DNA of 64,000 bases from Spirochaetia bacterium (GTDB taxonomy: Bacteria > Spirochaetota > Spirochaetia > SZUA-6 > Bin103), in assembly GCA_965203905.1 (NCBI GenBank), contig CBDBDQ010000005.1:5568001-5632000 (forward strand), given 5' to 3'. Both the position numbers and the translations under genes were made by a program. Positions 54,574 through 64,000 of this stretch are shown here, piece after piece. Numbering within the stretch: position 1 is the stretch's first letter; each line of letters begins with the position of its first letter. The notes under the pieces are model-generated. The model saw nothing but the letters and a program-made list of their open reading frames with translations, searched no databases and was not told the origin of the DNA.

Positions 54574-55623
54574 CGCCCCAGCTTTCCACCGCTCACCCGC
54601 GCCCGCCAGCCGCCGCCTGCGTACCGGCTCATCTGCGTCCGTCACGCTCCTGACTTAACTTGCCGTCCGCAGCCCCCATCGCAACGCGGAATCCCCGCCG
54701 TAGCCATGAGTAATACATGCTCTCCCCACCACGCCTATGCCCTCCCCCGCGTCGTCGCAAAAGAGCCGCACCCAAATGCTTCTGGACGAATGGATAGACG
54801 CACAACAACGGCACGATTCCCACCACCACCGTAGTCATTTTCAGCGACTCGGGATTGATCTGGCGGCGCCCCATCACCTGGTATACCTCGCTCTGAGCGT
54901 AAGCGCCCAGCAGGATGTGGCGCAGGATGAGCTGCAACGGCCAAAGCGCGTCATCGCTCAGGTAGACCAGCGCATCGAACCAGGAATTCCAGTGCTCCAC
55001 GATGCTGAACATGCCGATCGCCGCCAACGCCGGCGCGGTCAGCGGGGTGATGATCCAGACCAGCATCTGCAGGTGACCCGCTCCGTCGATGCGGGCCGAC
55101 TCCACCAGCCCCTCCGGCAGGTTCTCGATGAACACCTTGATCACCAGCAGTCCGAAACTGTGCCCCAGGAAGGGCAGAATCATCACCCAGAAGTTGTTCA
55201 GCAGCCCCAGGCGCCGCATCACCAGGTAACTGGGGATCAGCCCGCCGGGAAAGATGATCGACGCCAGCACCAGCAGCAGAATGATGCCGCGCCCCGGCAG
55301 GCTGCGAATCGACAGACAGTAGGCTCCCACCAGGGTAAGCACCAGCGCCATGGCCGGCCCTATGGTGCTGCGCAATACCGAGATCATGAACGCGCGCCAC
55401 ACCGCGGTCTGCCCCAGTATCCGCTCGTAGCCCTGCAGCGTCGGCTCCAGGGGGATGATCACGAAGTAGTTGCGCTTGATCAGCTCGGTCTGGGTGGTCA
55501 TCGACATGCCGATCACGTACACCAGCGGGAACACCGCGGTCACGGCGATCAGGGCGACGATCAGGTGTATCGAGACCTGGTAGGCACGTTCGGCCGGATT
55601 CGAGTAGAGGACCATGCAGCCCC

Positions 55624-56586
55624 CTACCAGATCCCGCGGCCCGTGTAGCGCCGGGCGACGTAGTTGGCCGCCACCACGGTGAGCAGGCCGAAGAACGACT
55701 GGAACAGGCCCATGGCCGCGCCCAGGCTGAGCTCCAGTTGGCGCAGCCCGACGCGGTAGATCCAGGTGTCGATGATGTCGCCCACGTCGTACACCGCCGG
55801 GTTGTAGAACAACAGCACCTGCTCGCCGCCGGCGTACAGGATGAAGCCGAAGTTCAGGCACAGCACGAACGACACCACCGGCAGGATGGAGGGAAAGGTG
55901 ATGTGGCGGATCCGCGAGATGGGACCGGCGCCGTCGATCACCGCGGCGTCGTAGAGTTCCGGGTCCACGGTGGAGAGCGCCGCCAGGTAGATGATGGTCC
56001 CCCACCCCAGCTCCTTCCAGATCGCCGAGCCGATCAGGATCGGCCGGAACGCGCCCTGGCTGAGCAAGAACTCCATCCGCTCCAGGCCCACGAACACGCG
56101 AATGTTGTTTATCAGCCCGTTGGCGGAGGAGAACACCGCGAACACGATCCCCCAGATGATCACCCAGGAGAAGAAGTGCGGGATGTAGACGATGGTCTGG
56201 GTGGTCTTCCTGAACCACTGGATCGCCATGTCGTGGAACAGGATCGCCAGCAGGATCGGCGGCAGGAACCCGAATACGATGCGCAGCAGGCTGATCTCGA
56301 AGGTGTTGCGGATCACCCGCACGATGCCCCGCTGGCTGAAGATTTCGACGAAGTTGCCCAGGCCGACCCACTCGCTGCCCCACACGCCGCGGCCGATGCT
56401 CAGATCCGTGAACGACACCACCAGCGACAGCCCGATCGGCCAGTAGCGGAACAGCAGGTAGTAGGCCAGCACCGGCAGCAGCAGCAGGTACACGGTGCGG
56501 TGCTCGTTGATGCGCTCCAGGAGGGTCTTCCTGCGGCGTGCCGGCAGCGCCGGCGCCGCCACCGAACTGGCGGGCGTGGCTGGCAT
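55624..56586 (-). CDS. Carbohydrate ABC permease (LplB-like)
   Basis: EWVGLGNF, YIPHFFSWV, WKELGWGTIIYLAAL, YDAAVIDGAG. Confidence 0.92.
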   Translation of the reverse strand: MPATPASSVAAPALPARRRKTLLERINEHRTVYLLLLPVLAYYLLFRYWPIGLSLVVSFTDLSIGRGVWGSEWVGLGNFVEIFSQRGIVRVIRNTFEISLLRIVFGFLPPILLAILFHDMAIQWFRKTTQTIVYIPHFFSWVIIWGIVFAVFSSANGLINNIRVFVGLERMEFLLSQGAFRPILIGSAIWKELGWGTIIYLAALSTVDPELYDAAVIDGAGPISRIRHITFPSILPVVSFVLCLNFGFILYAGGEQVLLFYNPAVYDVGDIIDTWIYRVGLRQLELSLGAAMGLFQSFFGLLTVVAANYVARRYTGRGIW

Positions 56587-56804
56587 GAACGTGCCGCATT
56601 CTGCCACGCCCCGCCGGGCCGCGCAAACCGCCGCGGCCGCTGCATCCGCCGCCGCCACCGTTGCCGCGGCAGTGACTTGTCAGCCGTCGACCTGCGGACG
56701 CACGGTGGGGCATGCCGGTCGGTCGGATGCGCAGCGTGTGCATGCGTCGGGTTGCGCCGGTTGCGCCGGTTGGTGCATCGTGCGCGGCGGGATAGGATGG
56801 GCCG

Positions 56805-58373
56805 GTGGACAGACGCCGACTGCCGATCGGCATACAGACCTTTCGCACGCTGCGCGAGGAAAACGCGTACTACGTCGACAAGACACCTTACATCCGCCGG
56901 CTGCTGGACGAAGGCTCGCACTACTTCCTGTCGCGTCCACGGCGGTTCGGCAAGAGTCTGTTCCTGGACACGCTGAAGGAGTTCTTCGAGGGCAGCGAGG
57001 AGTTGTTCGCGGGGCTGTTCATCCACGACCGGCACGACTGGTCCCAGCGTCATCCGGTGGTGCGGCTGGACTTCGCGGGCGGCACATTCAAGGACTCTGC
57101 TGTTCTGGACGAGGACGTAATGCTCCAACTGGAGTATCTGGAGGAAGAAGCGGGCATTCCCGCCCGCCGCGTCAACACGGCGGCGCGCTTTCGCCGTCTG
57201 CTGCAGACGGTGCACCGGAAGACTGGGCGGCGCGTCGTGGTCCTGGTGGACGAGTACGACAAGCCGATCCTGGACGCGCTCGATGAACCGGAGGCGGCGG
57301 TCACCAACCGCGACTACCTGCGCGGGTTGTACGGGATGATCAAGTCCTGTGCGGCACAGGTGCGGTTCACGTTCGTGACCGGGGTGAGCAAGTTTTCGAA
57401 GGTCAACATCTTCTCCCAGTTGAACAACCTCGTCGATATCACCCTGGATCGGCGCTACTCCGGGATCTGCGGCTACACCGAAGGCGACCTCGATATGGTG
57501 TTCGCGCCCGAACTCGCGGGGCTGGACCGGGAGCAGGTGCGGGAATGGTACAATGGCTATCGCTGGCGCGGCGCTGAGAAGGTGTACAACCCGTACGACG
57601 TGCTGCTGTTGTTCGACAGCCGCGAATTCAAGGCGCACTGGTTCGAGACCGGTTCCCCGGCGTTTCTAGTGGACAAGCTGTTCATGCGCCGGGTTTCGTC
57701 GGTTTCTTTGAGCGAGACGGTGAGCACGGAAGACCTGCTGTCAGTGTTCGACGTGGAACACATCGGCACCGAGGCGCTGATGTTCCAGACCGGCTACCTG
57801 ACGATCACCGCGGAAGAACGGTTGGGCGGCACCACGCTGTACCGGCTGGACTATCCAAACCGAGAAGTGCGCGAGAGCCTGAATCGCGTGCTGCTGCGGC
57901 GATTGGTACAGGACACCCGGCAGCAGACGGCCAACAGCAGCAGGCTGGCGCGCCTGTTGGAGACGCACGATTGCGCTGGGCTGAAGGAGCTGTTCCACGC
58001 CTTCTTCGCCAGCATCCCGTACGAATGGTATGCCGCCGACGGTTGTCGGCGGACCAACAACGACATTGCGAAGTACGAAGGCTACTATGCGAGCGTGTTC
58101 TACTCCTACTTCGCGGCGCTGGGGTACGAGATCACGGTGGAAGAATCGAGCAGCCACGGGCGGCTGGACATGGCGGTGCGAACGGGCGGGCACGTATATC
58201 TGTTCGAGTTCAAGGTGGTGGAGATGGCGCCGCCGGGCTCGGCGCTTGTGCAGTTGCGGGAACGGGGCTACGCCGACAAGTACCGGGGCGAGGGCGAGGC
58301 GATTCATCTGATCGGCGTGGAGTTCAGCCGCGAGACCCGCAACGTCACGGCGTTCGAAGTAGCCGACGCCTGA
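56805..58373 (+). CDS. AAA-ATPase-like protein with C-terminal PD-(D/E)XK nuclease (copy 2)
   Basis: Close paralogue of 24131-25678 with the same motifs plus a 7-aa insertion (AADGCRR). Confidence 0.92.
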   Translation: MDRRRLPIGIQTFRTLREENAYYVDKTPYIRRLLDEGSHYFLSRPRRFGKSLFLDTLKEFFEGSEELFAGLFIHDRHDWSQRHPVVRLDFAGGTFKDSAVLDEDVMLQLEYLEEEAGIPARRVNTAARFRRLLQTVHRKTGRRVVVLVDEYDKPILDALDEPEAAVTNRDYLRGLYGMIKSCAAQVRFTFVTGVSKFSKVNIFSQLNNLVDITLDRRYSGICGYTEGDLDMVFAPELAGLDREQVREWYNGYRWRGAEKVYNPYDVLLLFDSREFKAHWFETGSPAFLVDKLFMRRVSSVSLSETVSTEDLLSVFDVEHIGTEALMFQTGYLTITAEERLGGTTLYRLDYPNREVRESLNRVLLRRLVQDTRQQTANSSRLARLLETHDCAGLKELFHAFFASIPYEWYAADGCRRTNNDIAKYEGYYASVFYSYFAALGYEITVEESSSHGRLDMAVRTGGHVYLFEFKVVEMAPPGSALVQLRERGYADKYRGEGEAIHLIGVEFSRETRNVTAFEVADA

Positions 58374-58426
58374 CGACAGCCATACCGAGCACTCGGCAAC
58401 GCGCGTACATACAATCGTGGCGGTTG

Positions 58427-58579
58427 CGCACCATCGCCATCATCAAGCAACTGCCGGTCCTGCAGTGCAGGACCGGCCGCGAGTACCTGATCGAGGATCC
58501 GGTCATGCAGCGGATCGACGTACTTCTGATGCACGCCGACAGCTCCGCGGAACTGGAGGTTCTTCGGTACGCTGCGTGA
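58427..58579 (+). pseudogene. C-terminal fragment of a YgiT/MqsA-type zinc-finger antitoxin
   Basis: TIAIIKQLPVLQCRTGREYLIEDPVM...ELEVLRYAA*; N-terminal CxxC and start are missing. Confidence 0.55.
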
Positions 58580-58666
58580 CGGTCGGTAGCGCTGCCGGCG
58601 AACGCCGAGCCCTCCGCCCTTGACCAACGGGGCGCTGTGGCGTCCAAGATCGGGCGGGAGGTGTCC

Positions 58667-61600
58667 ATGGAGCCGATTCCGGATCGCCTGATCGTTCTCA
58701 CCTTCGATGACGGCAAGAAGTCGAACGCCACGTTCGTGGCCCCGCTGCTGAGCCGCCACGGGTTCGGAGCCACGTTCTTCATCACCGAGGGGCTGGAGTT
58801 CGCCGACAAGAGCCGCTATATGGACTGGGACGAGATCAAGGCGCTGCACGACGCCGGCTTCGAGATCGGGAACCACCACGGCAACCACGTGGACGTGACC
58901 ACCCAGTCGCGGGAGGAGTTCATCCGCGACCTGGAGCAGGTGGAGCGGAGCTGCGCTGCGCACGGCATCGACGTGCCGACCAGCTACGGCTATCCGGGCG
59001 GCCACCATGACCTGGGCGCGATGGAGGCCCTCGCCGCCAAGGGATACCGCTTCGCCCGCAGGGGGATCTGGCCGGAGCGTCCGGACCACGTCGACGGCGC
59101 CTTCGGGCGCGCCTTCGAGCCCGGCGTCGATCACCCGTTGCTGATTCCCTGCGCCGGGGTGAACGGCGCGTCCTGGGACCTGGCAGACCTGTGCGCCGCG
59201 GCGTCATGCGCCGGCCCCGGGGAAGTGGCGGTGCTCACCTTCCACGGGGTGCCCGACCACCATCCCTGGTGCGACACCGACCCGGCCCTGTTCACGCGTT
59301 TCGTGTCCTGGCTCGCGGCCAACGACTACCAGGTGGTCGCCCTGCGCGACCTGGCTCGCTACGTGGACCCGGACCGGCGGCCGGCCGACCCCTACGCCTC
59401 GATCGAGGCTCGCCGGTGCCTCGAGGCGCGCGAGCTGACCTGCGAATACGCCCCCGACCCGCTCGGCCTGCAGTGCGCCACGCCGCGGTTCCGCTGGACG
59501 CTGGCCAGCGAGCAGCGTGATCAGCAACAGGCTGCATACCAGGTGCTGGTCGCGAGCAGTCCTGAGTTGCTGCAGCCAGGAGCCGCCGACCGCTGGGACA
59601 GCGGCAAGGTGAGCGCTCCCTCGGGGACCGCTGCGACGTACGCCGGGCAGCCCCTGTCCAGCGCCGACACCTGCTACTGGAGCGTGCGCTGCTGGAATGG
59701 CGGCGACCGCGTGGGAGCGTGGGCGGAGCCGGCGCGCTTCGAGCTCGGCCTGCTGCGGGAGACCGACTGGACCGGTGACTGGATCGGCGCCGCCGCCGAT
59801 GTCAGCTCGCCGTTGTTGCGGCGCGAGTTCGACCTGGCAGGTGCGGTGCGCCGCGCCCGCCTCTACGCGGCCGGGTTGGGGTTCGCCGAGCTGTTCGTGA
59901 ACGGCATCCGGCTCGGCGACGCGGTGCTCGATCCGGCGGCTACCGACTACGACAAGCGGATCCTCTACGTCACCCACGACGTGACCGGCCTGCTACGGGA
60001 GGGCGCCAACGCCGTGGGCGCGATGCTCGGCAACGGCTGGTACAGCGAGCCCTCGGCGCACCGCTACGGCGACTCACCGCGGCTGCTGCTGCAACTCGAC
60101 GTGGAGCTGGCGGACGGCACCAGGGTCGCGTTGGCCAGCGGCGCGGAATGGCGCGCGGCGTCCGGTCCGATCACGGCCAACGGCCTGTGGGGCGGCGAGT
60201 GCTACGACGCGCGCCTGGAGCAGGAGGGCTGGACCGAGCCGGGCTTCGACGCCGGCGCCTGGGCGCCCGTGGAGCGGAAGAGCGCGCCCGGCGGCGTGCT
60301 GGAGGCGCAGGAGCTGCCGCCGATCCGGGTGGTGCGCACCCTGCCGCCGCAGGCGGTCACCAATCCGCGCGCCGGCACCTGGGTGTTCGACTTCGGCCAG
60401 CTCTTCGGCGGCTGGGCAAGGGTGCGGGTGCGCGGCGCCCGCGGACACCGGGTGCGCATCACCTATTCGGCGCGCCTGGACCGCGTCACCGGGCTACTGG
60501 ACGAGCGCCACCACGTCAAGGGCGCGGAAACCGACAGCTACGTGCTGCGTGGCGGCGGCGAGGAGAGCTACGCGCCACGCTTCACCTACCACCCGGTGCG
60601 CTACGTGCAACTGGACGACTACCCCGGACAGCCGGCGGTTGACTCGGTCACCGGCTGCGTGGTGCGTTCGGCGGTGGACCTGACGCAGACCTTCACCTGC
60701 TCCGACCCGCTGCTGGAACGGATCCACCGCAACGTGGGCTGGACCTTCAGCAACGGTCTCTACGGGTTTCCCCTCGACTGCCTGCATCGCGAGCACTGGG
60801 GCTGGACCGACCCGGCCACCATCACCTCCACCCTCTACGCCCGTGCCTGGATGCCCCGGTTCTGGAAGAAATGGCTGGCCGACATCCGCTGCGCCCAGGA
60901 CGAGGCGGGCGTGGTGCCGGACATCGTTCCCGACTACCGGCCCTCGGGCAGCAGCCCGAAGAATCCGTTGCGGCGCAAGGGCGATCCCGCCTGGGGCGGC
61001 AACTACCCGCTGCTGGTGTGGTACCTCTACCAGTACTACGGCGACCGGGAGCTGCTGGCCGCCCACTACGACGGGATGTGCCGCTGCGTCGCCGCCCACA
61101 CCGAGATTGCCGAGGAACACCTGGTCACCCACGGGCACTACGGCGACCACATGCTGCCGGGCACCGCCCCCGGCGACGAGGAATTCGTCTCCAGCGAGAC
61201 GCCGCCGGAGCTGCTGTGGAGTGGCTACTACTACCGCGGCGCGGCGATCCTGGCGCAGGCGGCCCAGGTGTTGGGCAAGGAGGAGGATGCGCGTTCCTAC
61301 GCGCTCCTGGCCGGGCAGATCCGCGACGCCATCAACCGCCGCTGGTTCGACTCCGCGGGCGGCCGCTACGCCTCCGGCTCGCAGACCGCGCACGCCTTCG
61401 CCCTGGCGCTCGGCATCGTGCCGGAGGGGCACGCCGACGCGGTGCTGGCGGCGCTGGTGGATACCATCGAACGGCGCCACGGCGGGCGTCTGCACACCGG
61501 CAACACCGGCACTACCTGTCTCATCGACGTGCTCCCGAGTCACGGCCACGGCGCGCTGCTGCACCGCATCGCGACCCAGACCGAGTATCCCGGCTGGGGC

Positions 61601-62140
61601 TACATGGTGCGCCAGGGGGCGACCACGATCTGGGAAAGCTGGAGCCTCGAGAGCGGTGTCGGAGCCGAGGACAGCATGATCATGTGGGGCGCCATCGACG
61701 AGCTGTTCTGGGGCGTGCTGCTGGGGATCCGCGGACCCGACTACTACGGCCCCCGGTTGCTGGCTCCCGGTTTCGCGCGGGTCGAGATCCGGCCCCAGGT
61801 GGTGGGCGATCTCAGCGCCGCGGCGGGCTCGGTCAGGACCGTCCACGGCCGGGTGGCGGTGGCGTGGCGGCGGGAGCCGGAGCAGTTGGTCCTGGAAGTG
61901 TCGCTGCCGCCCGGGGTGCGCGGAAGCGTGAGCGTGCCCAGCCTGGGCCACGCCACGTTCCGGATCGAGGAGCACGGCTCACCGGTGTGGCGGCAGGACG
62001 GCACGGCGGGAGCGGCCGGCCCGTGGCCGGTAACGGGAATCGCCACGGCCTCGCCTGCTGACGAGGCGGTCGTCTTCGAGGTCGGCTCGGGCGACTACCG
62101 GTTCGTGCTGCGGAGCGACACCGGCCAGAGCGGGGATTGA
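58667..62140 (+). CDS. Fusion: NodB/CE4 polysaccharide deacetylase + GH78 alpha-L-rhamnosidase
   Basis: LTFDDG, GNHHGNH, YGYPGG, TFHGV, then GH78 motifs (DFGQ, PRFTYH, DCLHRE, GATTIWESW); GGAGG RBS. Confidence 0.88.
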   Translation: MEPIPDRLIVLTFDDGKKSNATFVAPLLSRHGFGATFFITEGLEFADKSRYMDWDEIKALHDAGFEIGNHHGNHVDVTTQSREEFIRDLEQVERSCAAHGIDVPTSYGYPGGHHDLGAMEALAAKGYRFARRGIWPERPDHVDGAFGRAFEPGVDHPLLIPCAGVNGASWDLADLCAAASCAGPGEVAVLTFHGVPDHHPWCDTDPALFTRFVSWLAANDYQVVALRDLARYVDPDRRPADPYASIEARRCLEARELTCEYAPDPLGLQCATPRFRWTLASEQRDQQQAAYQVLVASSPELLQPGAADRWDSGKVSAPSGTAATYAGQPLSSADTCYWSVRCWNGGDRVGAWAEPARFELGLLRETDWTGDWIGAAADVSSPLLRREFDLAGAVRRARLYAAGLGFAELFVNGIRLGDAVLDPAATDYDKRILYVTHDVTGLLREGANAVGAMLGNGWYSEPSAHRYGDSPRLLLQLDVELADGTRVALASGAEWRAASGPITANGLWGGECYDARLEQEGWTEPGFDAGAWAPVERKSAPGGVLEAQELPPIRVVRTLPPQAVTNPRAGTWVFDFGQLFGGWARVRVRGARGHRVRITYSARLDRVTGLLDERHHVKGAETDSYVLRGGGEESYAPRFTYHPVRYVQLDDYPGQPAVDSVTGCVVRSAVDLTQTFTCSDPLLERIHRNVGWTFSNGLYGFPLDCLHREHWGWTDPATITSTLYARAWMPRFWKKWLADIRCAQDEAGVVPDIVPDYRPSGSSPKNPLRRKGDPAWGGNYPLLVWYLYQYYGDRELLAAHYDGMCRCVAAHTEIAEEHLVTHGHYGDHMLPGTAPGDEEFVSSETPPELLWSGYYYRGAAILAQAAQVLGKEEDARSYALLAGQIRDAINRRWFDSAGGRYASGSQTAHAFALALGIVPEGHADAVLAALVDTIERRHGGRLHTGNTGTTCLIDVLPSHGHGALLHRIATQTEYPGWGYMVRQGATTIWESWSLESGVGAEDSMIMWGAIDELFWGVLLGIRGPDYYGPRLLAPGFARVEIRPQVVGDLSAAAGSVRTVHGRVAVAWRREPEQLVLEVSLPPGVRGSVSVPSLGHATFRIEEHGSPVWRQDGTAGAAGPWPVTGIATASPADEAVVFEVGSGDYRFVLRSDTGQSGD

Positions 62141-64000
62141 ACCGGGCCGTCAGCGTGGGCCGCCGGCGCGCCGCCATCCTGGCGCTGTTTCTGTTTTCGG
62201 GGGCGAGCGGGCTGATCTACCAGGTGGTGTGGTTCCGGCTGCTGGCCACCGTGTTCGGCGCCACCGTGCCGGCGGCCACGACCGTGCTGGCCGCCTTCAT
62301 GAGCGGCCTCGCGCTGGGCAGCTGGCTGCTCGGCGGCAGCGGCGACCGCAGCCGCCGGCCGCTGCGTCTCTACGCCGGTTACGAGCTGGGAATCGCCGTC
62401 ACCGCGCTGGCGGCGCTGGTGGCGATGGAGCGGATGCGCCCCGTGGCCACGCTGCTGAGCAGCGCCCTGGGCGACGGCGGCGCCGGCCTCGTCGCCGCGC
62501 GCTTCGCGGTCACGTTCCTGGTGCTGCTGGTCCCCACCACGCTGATGGGCGCCACCCTCCCCGTCCTGAGCCGCGCCCTGGTGCGGGATCGGGAGGAGGC
62601 GGGGGTGAACCTCTCCGCCCTCTACGCGGCCAACACCTGGGGCGCCGCGCTCGGCGCGCTGGTCGCCGGCTTCCTGCTGATTCGCCTGCTGGGCCTGCGG
62701 GGTACGGTATTGGTGGCCGTGGTCATCAATGCGGCCGTAGCCGCAGCCGCGTGGTTGATGGCCCGGCGCAGCGCCGCGGCCGCCCGCCAGGTCGCCGCCG
62801 CCGAGGCACGGCGCGAGAGCGCGGCAGCACGTGGCACGACCGCGGTCGCCGCGCGCAGACATGGCCCGAAGGCGTCGGCCGGCGGACGATCTCGCGGCGT
62901 CGATTCCCGTCGTCTCCCGAGTTTCGGGGAGGCCGCGTCCCCTCGTCCGGCAACGCTGCTGCTCACATTCGGCGCCGCCGGAGCGACCACCCTCGCTTAC
63001 GAGGTGCTCTGGTCACGGGTTCTGCACGCGCTCCTCGGCAACTCGACCTACGCCTTCACCACCACGCTGGTGGTGTTCCTCGGCGGCATCGCGCTGGGGG
63101 GCTGGCTGGTGCGCCATGTCATCGACCGCATTCCTCCAGTCCGGCTGTACGCCGGCCTCCAGGCGGGGATCGCCGCCGCCGCGCTGCTGAGCCTGCCGCT
63201 GCTTACCGGCGTGGCCGACCTGCGCGGCCTGCAGGCCTTCTTCGCGGCCGGCGCCACGCCGTGGGCTGCCGAGCTGGCGGTCCGGTTCGGCGCCAGCGTG
63301 GCGGTGCTGCTGATCCCCACCACGCTGATGGGCGCCACCTTCCCGCTGGTGGCGCGCCTCTACCTGTCGCACGCCGGCCGCGTCGGGGCGGAGGTCGGCA
63401 CGGTGTACGCGGCCGGTACCGCCGGCAACATCGCCGGGGCGCTGCTGGCCGGCTTCCTGCTGGTGCCGCTGGCCGGCATCACCCGTTCGCTGGCCCTCGT
63501 GGCGCTGCTCAACGGCGTGGTGGCGGTGGCCATCGTGCTGCTCGCCGGGCGGCCGCGGCGGGCCACGCGGCTGGCCCTGAGCGGCGCCTGCCTGGCGCTG
63601 GGGGTGGCGGCGGTGGCGGGCCCAGTGTCGTTCCAGTTCCCGGCCGACACGGAAGCCCCGGGTGACGTGGTGCTGTTCTACCGGGAGGGGATCACCGCCA
63701 CCACCAAGGTGTACGAGAAGCCGCTCACCGCGCGCAAGCACATGAGCGTCGACGGCATCTACATCGGCGGCGCCGGTGGCGCGGAAAAGAAGGAGCAAGT
63801 GCTCGCTCACCTGCCCAAGCTGCTGCTGCCGCGGTACCGCAGCGAGCTGGCCGTGGGGCTCGGCTCCGGCGTGGTGCCGGGAGAGAGCGGCCGCCACCCG
63901 GAGCTGGAGCGGCTCGACATCGTGGAGATTGCCGCCAGCGTGGCGGCCGGCGCCGCCCGCTTCGAGCGCGAGAACCACGCCATCCTGGACGATCCGCGGG
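62137..64000 (+). CDS. Fused multi-TM / spermidine synthase-like protein (runs off the right edge)
   Basis: Not in the ORF track: FSGASGLIYQVVW, MGATLP, LYAANTWGA, a duplicated TM module, then VGLGSG and DIVEI (SAM-binding). Confidence 0.85.
   Translation, partial: MNRAVSVGRRRAAILALFLFSGASGLIYQVVWFRLLATVFGATVPAATTVLAAFMSGLALGSWLLGGSGDRSRRPLRLYAGYELGIAVTALAALVAMERMRPVATLLSSALGDGGAGLVAARFAVTFLVLLVPTTLMGATLPVLSRALVRDREEAGVNLSALYAANTWGAALGALVAGFLLIRLLGLRGTVLVAVVINAAVAAAAWLMARRSAAAARQVAAAEARRESAAARGTTAVAARRHGPKASAGGRSRGVDSRRLPSFGEAASPRPATLLLTFGAAGATTLAYEVLWSRVLHALLGNSTYAFTTTLVVFLGGIALGGWLVRHVIDRIPPVRLYAGLQAGIAAAALLSLPLLTGVADLRGLQAFFAAGATPWAAELAVRFGASVAVLLIPTTLMGATFPLVARLYLSHAGRVGAEVGTVYAAGTAGNIAGALLAGFLLVPLAGITRSLALVALLNGVVAVAIVLLAGRPRRATRLALSGACLALGVAAVAGPVSFQFPADTEAPGDVVLFYREGITATTKVYEKPLTARKHMSVDGIYIGGAGGAEKKEQVLAHLPKLLLPRYRSELAVGLGSGVVPGESGRHPELERLDIVEIAASVAAGAARFERENHAILDDPR

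Larger units (their letters stand above)
51856..54773 (+). mobile_element. Complete ISKra4-family (IS256/Mutator-like) insertion sequence, 2918 bp, with passenger gene
   Basis: IRs GGGTGCGGCTCTTTT(AG/GC)GACGAC (21/23); 9-bp target duplication AAATGCTTC at 51847-51855 and 54774-54782. Confidence 0.95.
51810..55615 (-). pseudogene. Carbohydrate ABC permease interrupted by an IS about a dozen codons before its stop
   Basis: MVLYSN...ESARIDGA...YPFVQKH (55615-54774); the native tail FIKGVYLGAIKG* lies across the IS, stop at 51810-51812. Confidence 0.92.

Noticed and set aside
56750-56772. Short tandem repeat (GGTTGCGCC) of about 2.5 units upstream of AAA copy 2
   Set aside because: Too short to distinguish from chance or slippage.

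Overview
High-GC bacterial chromosomal window, most likely from a spirochaete (long N-terminally extended GreA, tsaD next to a divergent polysaccharide deacetylase, scpAB-rluB-cmk-rpsA cluster). Bases 1-11.6 kb hold intact housekeeping genes (greA, rpe, dtd, recA, scpA, scpB, rluB, cmk, rpsA, bcp). They end at a 28-bp dif-like (XerC/D) site at 11639-11666. Bases 11.7-21 kb are mostly metabolic genes plus tsaD and an SRAP gene. Bases 21-45 kb form a plastic zone: one intact and several shattered Opp/Dpp peptide-ABC loci, five toxin-antitoxin pairs plus TA remnants, an AAA-ATPase/PD-(D/E)XK nuclease, a chimeric gene, a MITE and a dispersed repeat of about 55 bp. Bases 45-64 kb are a carbohydrate-use region. 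Its sugar-ABC permease is interrupted by a complete 2918-bp ISKra4-type element (23-bp IRs, 9-bp target duplication) that carries a DUF4338/DruA (Mom-like) passenger gene abutting the transposase; this is the best candidate for an under-described system. Also notable are a 21-nt palindromic in-frame insertion in the second AAA-nuclease paralogue, a triple repeat over the recA RBS, a deacetylase-rhamnosidase fusion and many apparent leaderless promoters. No CRISPR array, rRNA or tRNA was seen. All family assignments come from motif recognition by eye; no database searches were run.
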